Shown here one piece after another: positions 23,800 to 36,469 of a DNA stretch of 64,000 nucleotides. The translations under genes were made by a program, and so were the position numbers. Where the stretch lies: the NCBI GenBank assembly GCA_038087875.1, contig JAXLNO010000382.1, positions 1-64,000 on the forward strand, written 5' to 3'. Under the pieces are notes generated by a model. That model was not told the DNA's origin and ran no database searches. It saw only the letters and a list, made by a program, of their open reading frames with translations. How positions within the stretch are numbered: position 1 is the stretch's first letter; each line of letters opens with the position of its first letter. The stretch is from Malacoraja senta. Lineage: Eukaryota.

Positions 23800-24295
23800 A
23801 TAGTCACAAAATGCTGGAGTAACTCAGCGGGTCAGGCAGCATCTCTGGAGAGAAGGAATGGGTGACGTTTCGGGTCGAGAGTTTTCTTCAGAGGGTGGGG
23901 GAAACTAGAGCTCTGGAAAGGTACAGAATAAAGCAGAGCTTACATCAATGACTCAGGAAGGGTGGAGCCCACAATGGTCCATTGTTGGCTGTGGGATAGG
24001 TAATAATGAAAGGATACAAATGGTGAAATTAGCAAGACGCGTGAGGGAGGAACGGAGTGAGAGGGGATGCAAGGGTTACTTGAAATTACAGGTCAATGGT
24101 CATACCGCTGGGGTGTAAGCTGCCCAAGCGAAATGTGAGGTGCTGTTTCTCCAATTTGCTTTGGGCCTCACTCTGACAATGGAAGAAGACCAGGACAGAA
24201 AGGTCAGTGTGGGAATGGGAATGCGAGCTAAAATATTTGGCCACTGGGTGATGGCGGACTGAGCAGAGGTGAAACGGTCGCCCAGTCAGCGTTCA
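23800..24295 (-). mobile_element. Penelope-like retroelement 3' fragment
   Basis: Same endonuclease C-terminal block and hammerhead-bearing terminal segment as 9978-10620. Confidence 0.7.
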
Positions 24296-25192
24296 GCACA
24301 GGGGTGGGCCACCGTCAAATTGAAGTGCTTGTCCCTGATAGAGGGACAGACACTTCAACCCAGTGGGTAGGTGAACCATGATGCCAAATTAAACTATCCC
24401 ATCTGCCTGCGCATGGTCCTTATCCCTCCATTCTGTAGAAGGGTCTCGACCTGAAACATCACCCATTGCTTCTCTCCAGAGATGCTGCATTTTGTGTCTA
24501 TCTTCTGGTACAGCACGTGTTAGATATATAGTGGAACTTACTCCAAAACACAAGAAGCTAGAGTAACTTCAGGTAGAAGGTACAGGAGCCTGAAGACTAC
24601 AACGTCCAGGTTCAGGAATAGCTACTTCCCCACAGCCATCAAGCTATTAAACCCAACTCAAACAAAACTCTGAACATTAATAGTAAGATTAAACGAGAAC
24701 TTACCTAAGTTTGAAGTTTGATCTTTATTTTATGAGGAGTTACGTAGGTGATTACGTGAAGAACCCCGCCAGTGCGCCTGCGCGTCAATCTTCAAAGCAG
24801 CGGTGTGAAATCACAAAAAACAACAACCGAAGTAATATAGTCTCATAATAAAACGAGTAATACAAGAACTTCCATCTGACCTTTATGATAGAGGGTAGGG
24901 TCGTGGTGGGCACGAAATCACCTACGTAACTCCTCATAAAATAAAGATCAAACTTCAAACTTAGGTAAGTTCTCGTTTAATCTTACTATTTTACTTCGGA
25001 GTCACGTGAGTGACTAAGTGAAGATTTTAAAGCTTTGTGATTTCATGCCGTGGATCAATCCTGGCTTCTCACTGCATAGATTGACTCGGAACGAGAATAA
25101 TCAATCATGCATTCATAATAACATTTGTACCACAAATGCAGTAATTCATTTCAATAATGAAATGAATCAGATCCCCTTTAAACCAGAGGAAT

Positions 25193-26148
25193 TTACACAG
25201 AACTTAAAATAGTTTCTGAAAACAACCCCGCATTAACAATAGGCCGATGGTAAAAATGTTGAAACATCAACTCATTGGACCACCCGGCGGCTGCGAGGAT
25301 ATGGTCGATGGGGACGTCTTTTGCCCTGGCCGTTTCTGCTGCCCTAGTCGAGTGAGACGTAAAAACATAAGTGTTAATACCAGCAGCTGTTAAGACTTCT
25401 TTTATCCATCTGGAAATAGTCTGTATTGAAACTCTCTTGTGTGGTTTCTTGTGTGTGATCAACAACCCAGTTTCCGTATTCTCAAATTCTTTGTGACCTC
25501 AATGTATTGTAATAAATGTCTTACTACAGAGACATGGATCATTTGGATATGCTGCTAGCATAATGTTAAATCCTGTCACACCTGGCCTAATTTACTTTAG
25601 TAGGTCATAGATATAGAATGTAACCTTGTCTTCAGTTACTTCCATACTGTCTATTTGTAATTTTCCAAGTGTTTGCACTCGTTGTGCTGTCACTCATGCC
25701 ATAAGCATGAATACTTTCATACTGAGCTTGACCAAAGGTAAAGACACACTTGATGACCATTCACGGAGTAGTTTCAGTACCACACTTACATCCCAGATTG
25801 ACACGTACCTAGGTTTCGGTGGTTTGGAATTAAAGATTCCTTTCATTAGTCTGGAAACAATTGGGTGTGACCCAATTGAGTTTCTTTCTGAATCCAGAAC
25901 CAAATATGAGGACAATGCACTTCTGGCTGAATTAATTGCACTACAACTCAGACCTTCATCATAATAAAGTTTTGACAGAAATTCTAAACATTTGAAATAT
26001 CTGCAGTACTTTATTGCACATTCTTTTGTACACAGAACTCTTCCCATTTCTTAATATAAGAAAGGTACTGTTTTTGAGTGCTCTTCCTCCAGGCTGCCGT
26101 AAGCACGTCCACAGTATGCTCAGACAGTCCTCGTCCCAGAAAAGGCAT
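25193..26148 (-). pseudogene. DIRS tyrosine recombinase (frameshifted)
   Basis: N-terminal WRKSTQKQY..W..FC, SAINSARSALS, HPIVSRLMKG, PRY..WDV, catalytic HSTRAA and AAGWS...FY motifs. Confidence 0.88.
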
Positions 26149-26164
26149 TCTTAAAACCTGCAAA

Positions 26165-27966
26165 TCAACAAATCCAAACGATCATATAATGGATGTTGTT
26201 CCCCTGTACAGGGTGCAGCAATAAATTACTCATTTTTGGGACTTTCATCAACATTTGTGTTGTTAATTCTAATATCAACGGATACCATGGCTGTGTAGGC
26301 CAATCTGGTACTACCAATACCCTTGAAGCAGCATCTTGCCTGATCTTAAGCAAACATTGGCTTATGAGGCAGAAAGGTGGAAATATATATGAAAACATAC
26401 CACCCCAATGTAGCGAGAAAGCATTAATCGCCACTGCTCCTGGATCTGGTTTCCATGAGACATATCTCGATAGCTGATGATTCAAGTCGATGTCGGTCAT
26501 TCCAAATCTGATTACTATATCATTGAATACCTCTTGATTCAACATCCATTCTTTATTATCATGGAACTTTTCGTGACCTGGTGTCTGCTATCGTGTTCAT
26601 TCTACCTGGTAGATAGATAGCTGAAATCCAAATGTTCTTTTCAATACACCAAGACCAAAGTTGATTTAACCATTTTGTCACATGACACCGACTTAATTCC
26701 ACCCATATCATTAATATAGGCAACTACTGTTGTGTTTATTAATTTGAACGGACCTTCCTTTTAGTTGTGTTAGAACCATAAGCTTGGAGTCCATAGAAAC
26801 CTCCTAAAAGCTCCAAATAGGTAGTTCCCCATGTCTGCAGTAACACTAACTTTTCCTGATTCCATCTGCCTCCGCAGCTCCATGTTAAGTCAGTTGCATC
26901 CCATCCTAGTGCACTGGCATCAGTTTGTAATATCATGGAATGTTCTTCAATCAGCACTTTGCCTGAACTGCTTGAGACATGTAGAATCCACCACTGCAGC
27001 TTAGAAACAGCATTTGTTGTTACTTGCATGGTTCTATCAAAATGACCAGCATTTACTCTCAGTGCCTGTTCTTTGATTCTCTGCAGCTGCTGATAATGTA
27101 ATGGTCCATACTGGACTGCTGGGAATCTACTAATTTTCCCAGTACTCGAGCCACCTGTCTGATTAGAGGTTTTTGCTCGTTTAACAGATTACTGCAATCT
27201 TTAATCAACTCCACCCTTTTTTCACTGGGCAAAGTAATTTGCATTTGGGCTAAATCAATTGTGAACCCCAAATAATCAATCGAGGTACATGTTTTTAACC
27301 TTGATTTCTTTGGATGAATTTAGAAACCCCCAAACTTTCAAAAGTTTGATTTTATTACTGCAACCGATGCTTCTGTTGACTGTTTTGTGCTTCCTATAAT
27401 CAGGACATCCTCCAGGTATGCCATTAGTACATGCCCCTGGCTCTCAGCAACCCCAGAATTGATTTTAACAATTTTATGAATATTCTGGGAGGGAATGTTA
27501 ACCCATTAGGCAGAGCTTTGAACTGCCCTAATTGGTTCATCCATGTAAATTTAAGATACTTCATATCTTGCAAATGAACAGACACTGAACAAAAGGATTC
27601 TGACTTGTCAAGTCTATAATAATCCTACATCCTCCATCCTTTTTTGATCGAGAGAATATATTTGACCCAAATTGGTGAATTTGGTAGACTGATTCTTCAA
27701 TAACACCTTTTATATATAGGGTTTTGAAGCGCAACTTGAACCTCCATTATCGCAAAGTGGAGAGTTCTGCAAGGAACATGCTGGACAGGCAAATCATAAT
27801 TTGGATTGAATTCAATTCGAAATCCTTGTATATTATTCAGAATTACCACATCTGAAGTAATCTTCTTCCAATGTTTATAGAAGAGACGTAATCTGCCTCC
27901 AACTTTTGGACGTAATCCAGTTAGTATGTTCCCCTGAGAACCAGGTCCACCTACCTCTTGAGTCAT
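26165..27966 (-). pseudogene. DIRS pol: RT / RNase H / Dam-like methyltransferase remnants
   Basis: VGGRLRLFYKHW N-terminus; AYLEDVLI at the RT YxDD position; LQTDASALGW (RNase H); YVSWKPDP..DAF-like, YIFPPF and VPDWPTQPWYP (DIRS MT domain). Confidence 0.85.
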
Positions 27967-27999
27967 TTGAGTATTCTGAGATGCCTCGATTCTCCCGGA

Positions 28000-29234
28000 A
28001 GCACCACCACTGGTCCTTACTCCCGCTGCAGGTCGCCAGCTACGTCATTGCGTTGATGAGCGACTTGGTCCTGGTCTAGGATCCGTATGACGTCTGAAAG
28101 GATACTTCCTCTTTACAGACTTTGCAACCATTGATGTTTTTATCAATCCTGTTTTCGCTTCATCTTCCAACTCTTTAATACGTCTCCCGAGATCCTCTCC
28201 AAAGAGTAAGTTGGGTAATTGTATATTACTTGGTTTGCAGAGTGCTGCGAATTTCGGATTCATAGTAGGCCGTATAGCACTTTCCTCAGATAATTGATCT
28301 CGAAGTGGGTGCTGCATAGCAACCCCAGTGCTTCCTGATGCAACTTCGTCATCTCTTGGCTGTTACCTGCTATTGTGGTAAAAGCAGTTATTCCAGAACC
28401 AGCAGCTTTAATATTCTCTGCAACTGATTCCAGATAATTTGGTTCACTGCTGCTGCTTTCAGCAACCCACAGTTACTTGGGGTCTCCTGTTTACTTGCAG
28501 TCTCATCCATCTCCTGCTGTTCCAGCTGATGGTAAACCAAGTAATTTATTAAGGAGGCCAGTTCTTCTCCTAATGGCTCTCCTGACCCTGACGGGGCAGC
28601 GAATCCTACTGCCAGGGGTGGAACATCTGGCAGCTGCTGTTCATCGCCTTGTACAGCCTCACCGTCAGAGTCGGGTCTGAAATCTCATGACCCGTAGCAC
28701 GCTCCTCATTCCTGAGGGTGCATTCCATCAGCCCTGAGCCAGGTGCTGTTAAGCTGCTTCCTGCAGCTTGGATCACAGTACACTCCTTCCTGAGTGAACT
28801 TTGCTCCAACAGCCTATGGAAAAGGCTTTCTATTTGGGCAATATGCTCGAAAGCAGTATCTAGCCCTGTACCAGGAGCTGTTTGAGCTGCTTCCAGCAGC
28901 TAGGCTTTCAGTACACTCCTCCCTGAGTGAACTTTGCTCCAACAGCCTATGTAAAAGGCTTTCTATTTGGGCAATACGCTCGAAAGCAGTATCTAGTCCT
29001 GGAGCTACTTCCATTGCCTGGGACTCCCTCCGTGGGCCGTTGGGATTTAAACTTTGTCTTTTGCCCGACAGGCGCTGACTGTGTTTTCACCAGCCCCAGG
29101 TCCACAGTCGCTATGCTCACCACTGGCGACTGTACAGGGGTTTAGAGGCGGTTGGTCTCTAACCGCAGACTCCCGACTTTCCCGACTTCTGTCGGCTGTG
29201 TCGCTCGCCTCTTCCCCCTGTCCGTTTTTTCCAT
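28000..29234 (-). pseudogene. DIRS gag-like ORF remnant
   Basis: Positioned upstream of pol; IRPTMNPKFAALCK...LLFGEDL segment resembles DIRS gag C-termini; fragmented. Confidence 0.55.
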
Positions 29235-30884
29235 GGCGTCTGTGGAAAAATCCCCATAGACCCACAGTAAACGGACCTGGAAAACATGAAAAAAGTTTCT
29301 ACTTACCTTGTAGTTGGAAAACTACAAACCACTGTAGGAGCTCTGCTCCTCACGTCCGTTTGCGTCAAGGCGTCTGACGTAATGACGCGCAGGCGCACTG
29401 GCGGGGTTCTTCACGTAGTCACTCACGTGACTCCAAAGTAAAATAGCCCATTATCTGTTTATTTGCACTTTATCTGTTCATTTATTCATGTGTGTATATA
29501 TTTATATAATGGTATATGGACACACTGATCTGTTCTGTATTTATGCCTTCTATATTCTGTTGTGCTGAAGCAAAGCAAGAATTTCATTGTCCTATCTGGG
29601 ACACATGACAATAAACTCTCTTGAATCTTGAACCTAGCGGGTCAAGCAGCATCTGTGGAGGGAAAGGATAGGCAACGTTTTGGGTGGGGACTGAAGAACG
29701 GTACCGACCCGAAACTTCACCTGTCCATTTCCTTCACAGATGCTGCCTGACCCGCTGAGTTCCTCCAGCACTTTTAGTTTAGTTTAGAGATACAGTGCGT
29801 AAACTGTGTCCGTACCGACCAGCGATCCCTGCACACCAGCTCTATTCTACACACTGGGTACAATTTACAATGTTTACCAAAGCCGTTTAACCAACAAACC
29901 TGTCCATCTTTGCAATGTGGGAGGAAACGCGGAGCACCCGGGGAAAACACATGTTTTGCTCAATTTATTCCAGCATCTGCAGTTCCATAGTTGAGGCTGG
30001 GTCTATCCCAACACTTAGACAAGTACATGGATAAGGACAGGTTTGGAGGGATATGGACCCAACGCGGGCAGGTGGTACTAGTGTAGCTGGGACATGTTGG
30101 CCAATGTGGGCAAGTTGGGCTGACGTTGTTTCCACACTGTATCACTCTATAACTATGAACCTATAGTTCATTCCTTCCTCAAACTTGAGCTTAAACAGCT
30201 CGTGCTGTACCATGCAAATAAGAGATGGAATAAGTTCACGTTATAGTAGAATTAGGCCATTCGGCCATCAAGACCACTCTGCCATTCAATGATGGCCGAT
30301 CTCTGCCTCCTAATCCCATTTTCCTGCCTTCTCCCCATAACCCTTGACACCCGTTCTAATCAAGAATTTGTCTATCTCACCTTAAAATTATCCACTGACC
30401 TTGGCCTCCACAGCCCTCTGTGGAAATGAGTTACACAGATCAACTACCCTCTGACTAAAGGTTCCTCCTCAATTAGGGAGGGAATTTGGGCTTTTGGGGA
30501 AGCTCTGAGGGCTAGCATAGACTTGAAAGGTCAAATAGTCTGTTATTATGTCAGGTGGGAATTTAAGAATCTTTCATATTTCCCAAGTTATCATTGGGAT
30601 TCAGGATTTTGTGGTAATTATGACAAAGGTTTTGTGTTCGGTGATGTCAAGTCCAGCCCCACTGTGGGCCAGGAACCATCTTTGTAAAGGCCTAGTCCCG
30701 GCCACATTACAGCTCGGATGTAGCAAGAGTTGGCATTACAGCTCGAATGTCGCAAGACTGTGTGAACCACATCACAACCTAGTCCCAGAGGCAAGGGTCA
30801 GCAATGGTCTGCACATGGCTGATTATTGATGGTTAGATAGTTTGTGTGTTGTGTTATCTTGTTAATCTGCCAGTAAAAAAACCA

Positions 30885-31615
30885 CCAGGGGCGCCGGGGG
30901 AGATGGCCGCCCTGCCAGCAGTCTGTTAGTTTTTTCATCTTTTTTTATTTTTAGCGTTTGTTGAAAGTGTGTTTTAATGTTGCCTCGGTTTGTTTTGTGT
31001 GGGGGGAGGGGGGAGGGGGAAACTTTTTTTCAAGTTCCTACCTTCCAGGAGATGTGATAATTTGTCGGATCGCATTCTCCGGGCTCTGCGGCCTTCAATC
31101 GATGGAGCTGGAAGCCTCCTCAGACTGTCGTGAGCCCCACCGCGGGGTGCGGACTTACCATTGGAGCTGATCCCTTGCCTGGGATCGCTCCCACCGCAGA
31201 CTTTAACATCAGGGCTCGCAGTCTCGGGAGCGGCTAGTCGAGAGCTCCAACGTCGCGGAAGGTTCACCAGCCCCGACGCGAGGTTTGATCGCCCGGCGCG
31301 GGGGAGCTGACATCCCCCCCGATGCAGGAGCTGGTCGCCTCGACGCGGAGGGCCAAAACGCCGCCGGCTATGCGAGTCAAGACCGTCCCGTCAACGGGGG
31401 CTCGAGGCTCCCGACCGAGGAAGAACTAAGGGGAAGGACTTGAACTTTATTTCGCCTTCCATCACAGTGAGGAATGTGTAGGAGTCACTGTGGTGGATGT
31501 TCATGTTAAAATGTGTTTTTGAGTGATTTGTTACTATTAATTGTATGACTGACCTGGCCAATGAAATTCCTCGTATGTTGCAAAACATACTTGGCGAATA
31601 AAATCTGATTCTGAT
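30885..31615 (+). mobile_element. Unclassified GC-rich interspersed element with a LINE-like 3' tail
   Basis: CpG-rich body with internal short repeats, a 3' hairpin (ccatcacagtga...tcactgtggtgg) and an aataaaatctgattctgatt tail. Confidence 0.4.
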
Positions 31616-31921
31616 TAAAGCTGTAGCAAGGAAGATGTTCATTGTTCTGACCTGGTGCACACGACAATCGATCTCCATCCGCCTCCACCCCTTCCCTCCT
31701 TCTCTCCCCATCACTCTCCCTCCATCTCTCGACCCCGCCATTGCTCGCTCACCAGCCCCTTTCCCCTCTTCCTCCCCTCATTCCCCAGCTCCTGCTCCCC
31801 CTCCCTCCTCAATCTCCCTCCCTCCCTCCCCTCCGCCTCCCTACCCATCTCTCTCCCTACCCCTCCATCTCTCACACCCTCCCCATCTCTCACACCCTCC
31901 CCGAGCTCCCCCAGTCCTCAC

Positions 31922-32054
31922 CTGTCAAAGATGGCCCCCACGCCGGCGCTGTGGGCGCTGTTGCGGTGCACGTGGAGGCCGGTGGCGAGGAGGATGCCGT
32001 CCTGTACGGTGATCGACCGGTGGGAGAACGAGGCGATCAGCAGCTCGTTCCAAC
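31922..32054 (-). CDS. RXRB: RXR LBD exon: (G)[43 protein letters not shown](R)
   Basis: Near-invariant RXR sequence; cag acceptor 32055-32057, gtgag donor at 31921; 133 bp, phase 1 to 2, in frame with the previous exon. Confidence 0.96.
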
Positions 32055-32329
32055 CTGTGGGCACAAGAGACCGGGTCACCCCAGGGGCAGAGTCTTGGGC
32101 AGAGCCGTGATGCAACCTGGTAGATGTTGCCCATGGGGCGGCACGGTGGCGCAGCGGTAGAGTTGCTGCCTCACAGCGCCACAGACCCAGCTCCTATCCT
32201 GACTGTACTGGAGACCGATGGGGGAGCGGGAGAGAGATGGAGAATGGGGGATGGAGAGTGGGGGGGGGGGGGGGCTGGCGACAGAACGATGACGGGGAAG
32301 AAAGATGGAGGGGAGGAGGGGAAGAGGTG

Positions 32330-33336
32330 CAGACCTGCCAAGTCTTGTCAGAGCATTTCAGTATTCTAGTACCGGAAAATCAGTATTTTGCCGAGGAAAT
32401 CAGTATTTTTATGGTGCCATTTTGCTGAATTTTTTTTTTTTTCCTGTGCAGTCATACCCATGTAAGAGTGCAAGAATGATAACGTTGCTACCAATTGACA
32501 TGTCTGCTACGCACCTTACGCACAGTGCATTCATGGCCATCTCTTTGTATACTGTTGTTTGAACGGCTGCTTCCTTCTTTTAGCACCAGATGATGATGTA
32601 GAAGCCATTTTGGAAGCCTCCCTCTCCCTCTCTTTCTCCACCCCTCTCGCCCTCCTTCCCTCTCTCCCCCTCCCCCTTTCCCTCCCACCCTCCTCTCTTC
32701 CTCCCTCTTATTCCCTTCCTCCCTCTCTCCCTCCCTCTCCCTCCCTCCTTCTCCCTCCCCTCTCCATCCTCCCCCTCCCCTCTCCTCTCCATCCCCTCAC
32801 TCTCTCCCTCTCTCCACCCGTCCTTCTCTCCCCCTTGAGCCCACCCACCGTTCTGTAAGATCAAAGCCAATCCCAATGTAACTGCAATCCAACTGGTAAC
32901 TTTTCACCAGTAGGCTTATCCAGAATTCTACCAGTGCCTGAAAAATAACCAAACGCTCAACTACCACTGAGAAAGAGAATTCCAAAGACTCATTGCTATA
33001 CGAGAATTTTCCTGAACAGTCTGTGACCCATAGCGCTATGTGTAAAGCCCATAGCGCTCCAGCCGGTAGCACTATTTTTAGAACCCATAGCGCTGCAGCC
33101 GACAGCTCTTCGTTAAATTCCCACGCATTAAACTGAAAGCGCTCTGTTTAAACCTGGAGTGGGACAGGCAGCGAGAAGGAGAGAAGGAATCGGTGACGTT
33201 TCTGGCCAAGACCCTTCTTCAGACTGAACTGAACTCTGTATTTAAAATCCGTATTTAATAACACAAAACCGTACATCCGTATTCTTATCGTATTTCCGTA
33301 CAACATATGGAAAATCCGTACTACTTGGCAGCTCTG
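32330..33336. mobile_element. Possible hAT-like non-autonomous DNA transposon
   Basis: 14-bp TIRs CAGA(C/G)CTGCCAAGT (one mismatch); subterminal short repeats (cagtatt on the left, ccgta on the right); no clear 8-bp TSD. Confidence 0.45.
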
Positions 33337-33469
33337 GATATGGGGAGGGAAGGAGTGATGCGGGGGACGGAGCTGCTGTCTGTACAGAGTGTGCACGTTC
33401 TCCCCCTGACCTGCGTGGGTTTACTGCGGGTGCGCCAATTTCCACCTACACTCCAAAGACGTGCAGGTT

Positions 33470-34195
33470 TACTATCTAAATGGCGTCAAGTTGGGAAAAG
33501 GGGAAGTACAACAGGATCTGGGGGTCCTTATACAACAGTCTATGAAAGTAAGCATGCAGGTACACCAGGCAGTGAAGAAAGCGAATGGCATGTTGGCCTT
33601 TATAACAAGAGGAATCGAATATAGGAGCAAAGAGGTCCTTCTGCAGTTGTACAGGGCCCTAGTGAGACCCCACCTGGAGTATTGTGTGCAGTTTTGGTCC
33701 CCTAATTTGAGGAAGGACATTCTTGCTATTGAGGGAGTGATGTGCGGGACTGTCATATGCTGAGAGAATGGAGCAGCTGGGCTTCTACACTCTGGAGTTT
33801 AGAAGGATGAGAGGGTATCTCATTGAAACATATAAGATTGTTAAGGGCTTGGACACACTAGAGGCAGGAAACATGTTCCCGATGTTGGGGGAGTCCAGAA
33901 CCAGGGGCCACAGTTTAAGAATAAGGAGTAAGCCATTTAGAACGGAGACTTTTTCTCACAGAGAGGGGTGAGTCTGTGTAATTCTCTGCCTCGGAGGGCG
34001 GTGGAGGCCGGTTCTCTGGATGCTTTCAAGAGAGAGCTAGATAAGGCTCTTAAAAATAGCGGAGTCAGGGGATATGGGGAGAAGGGAGGAACAGGGTACT
34101 GATTGGGGATGATTAGCCATGATCACATTGAATGGCGGTGCTGGCTCGAAGGGCCGAATGGCCTACTCCTGCACCTATTGCCTATTGTTTATTGT
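33470..34195 (+). mobile_element. CR1 LINE 3' fragment inserted in a V-SINE
   Basis: RT C-terminal peptides; SINE sequence interrupted at gcaggttt and resuming at tttgtagatcaattgg. Confidence 0.85.
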
Positions 34196-36469
34196 TTGTA
34201 GATCAATTGGCTTTGGTAAAAATTGTAAATTGTCCCTAGTGTGTGTAGGATGGTGTGAGTTAAAGGGAATCGTTGGTCGGTGTGGACTTGGTGGGCCGAA
34301 GGGCCTGTTTCCACACTGTATCTCTAAACTAAATTAAAACTAAACATCTTGAGTGTGCAGGAAGGAACTGAAGATGTTGGTTTAAAATCGAAGATAGGCA
34401 CAAAAAGCTGGAGTAACTCAGCGGGACAGGCAGCAACTCTGGAGAGAAGGAATGGTCGACGTTTCAGGTCAAGACCCTTCTTCGGAGATTCTCGGTCCTT
34501 GCGGGGATGCTGTGGGCGAGGCGGGGCTTTGAGTCGGTCCTGTATGTGTGATGTCAGGGTTCCCGAGGCTCGGGAGATGCAGGGGAAAGGCTTGAGAAGG
34601 TGAAAGTAGGGATGGTGTGTGATTAGAAGGGAGCTTTGTCACTGGGCTAATCCCTCTACCTGTTGTAGTGTGGTGCGTGCTTTCAAGTTTGTATTTTCTG
34701 CCTGACGGGAGAGGGGAGAAGAGGGAATGACTGGGGCGCGAGTGATTTGCTCCTTGATTATGTCCAGAAAGAAACTGGTTTGTACCGAAGATAGACGCAA
34801 AGTGCTGGGGCAACTCAGCAGGTCAGGCAGCATCTGAGTTTAGAGATACAACGCAGAAACAAGCATTTCCTCCAACGAAGTCCGTGCCAACCCGTGATCC
34901 CCGCACACTGACACTACCCTACACACACTGGGGACAATTTACAATTATACCGAGCCAATTAATCTACAAACCTGTACATCTTTGGAGTGTGGGAGGAAAC
35001 CGGAGAACAGGGAGAATGTACAAACTCTGTACGGACAGCACCCATAGTCAGGATCGAACGCGGGTCTCTGGCACTGTGAGGCAGCAACTTTACCGCTGCG
35101 CCATCGTGCCGCTTCTAGAGAATATCTCTGGAGAAATATTTCACTTGGGCAGCTTACAACCCAATGAATGTTGATTTCTCTAATTTCAAGTAACCCCTGC
35201 ATTCCCGCTCCCCCCCCCCCCCCCCCCCCCCCTAGTCGTCCTGCTAGTTCCACTGTTCGCATCCCTGCATTCCTTAATTATCACCTCTTCCCCAGCCAAC
35301 AATGGGCCATATTGTGGGCTCCACCCTCACTTAGCCATCTGTTGCGAGCCCTGCTTTGTTCTGGCCTTTTCTTACCTCCAGTTTCCTCCTCCCCTCTACT
35401 TTCAGTCTGATGAAGGGTCCCGACCCGAAATGCCACCCATCCTTTTTCTCCAGAGATGCTGCCTGACCCGCGGAGTCACTCCAGGGGCAGCACGGTGGCG
35501 CAGCAGTAGAGTTGCTGCCTTACAGCACCAGAGACCCAGGCTCGATCATGACTACACGCCCTGTCTGTACGGAGGTTTACGTTTCCCCTGCGGTCTGTGT
35601 GGATTTTCTCCGGGTGCTCCGGTTTCTTCCCACACTCCAAAGACATTCAGATTTGGAGGTTAATTGGCTTGGTATAACTGTAAATTGTCCCTAGATTGTA
35701 GGATAGTGTTAGTGTACGGGGATGGCTGGTCGGCACGGACTCAGTGGGCCGAAGGGCCTGTTTCCGCGCTGTATCTCTAACTAAACTAAACAAAGCACTT
35801 TATGTGGTTTTACTTTCCCGAGGCAGCGTGAAGTGTGCAGCTCCCACAGGGAACAAGTGAGGTGCTGGTCAGGCCGCATTTGGAGTATTGCGAGCAATTT
35901 TGGGCCCCATAGCTGAGGAAGGATGTGCTGGCTCTGGAGAGGGTCCAGAGGTGGTTTACAAGAACGATCCCAGGAATGAGTAGGGTAACATATGATAAGC
36001 GTTTGTCGGCACTGGGCCTGTACTCGCTGGAGTTTAGAAGAATGAGGGGGTCCTCATTGAAACTTACCGAATAGTGAAAGGCTTGGATAGAGTGGATGTG
36101 GCGAAGATGTTTCTACTAGTGAGAGAGTCTAGGACTAGAGGTCATAGCCTCAAAATTAAAGAACGTCCCTTTAGGAAGGAGACGAGGAGGAATTTCTTTA
36201 GTCAGAGGATGGTGAATCTGTGGAATTCATTGCCACGGACGGCTGTGGAGGCCAAGTGGAGGACATTTTTTAAGGCAAAGATTGATAGATTCTTGATTAG
36301 TACAAGTGCCAGGGGTTATGGGGAGAAAGGCAGGAGAATGGGGTGAGGAGAGAGAGATAGATCAGCCATGATTGAATGGCGGTGCGGACTTGATGGGCCG
36401 AACGGCCTAATTCTGCTCCTATCACTTATGAACATGGAGTTGGTGAGCAGAGAGCCTTTGCTCTGTGTA

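Larger units (their letters stand above)
24679..29446 (-). mobile_element. DIRS1-type tyrosine-recombinase retrotransposon, structurally complete, ORFs decayed
   Basis: ITR core 29383-29418 is the reverse complement of 24753-24787. Internal complementary region 24911-25024 matches both element ends. Gag-like, RT/RNaseH, MTase and YR remnants occur in order. Confidence 0.93.
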
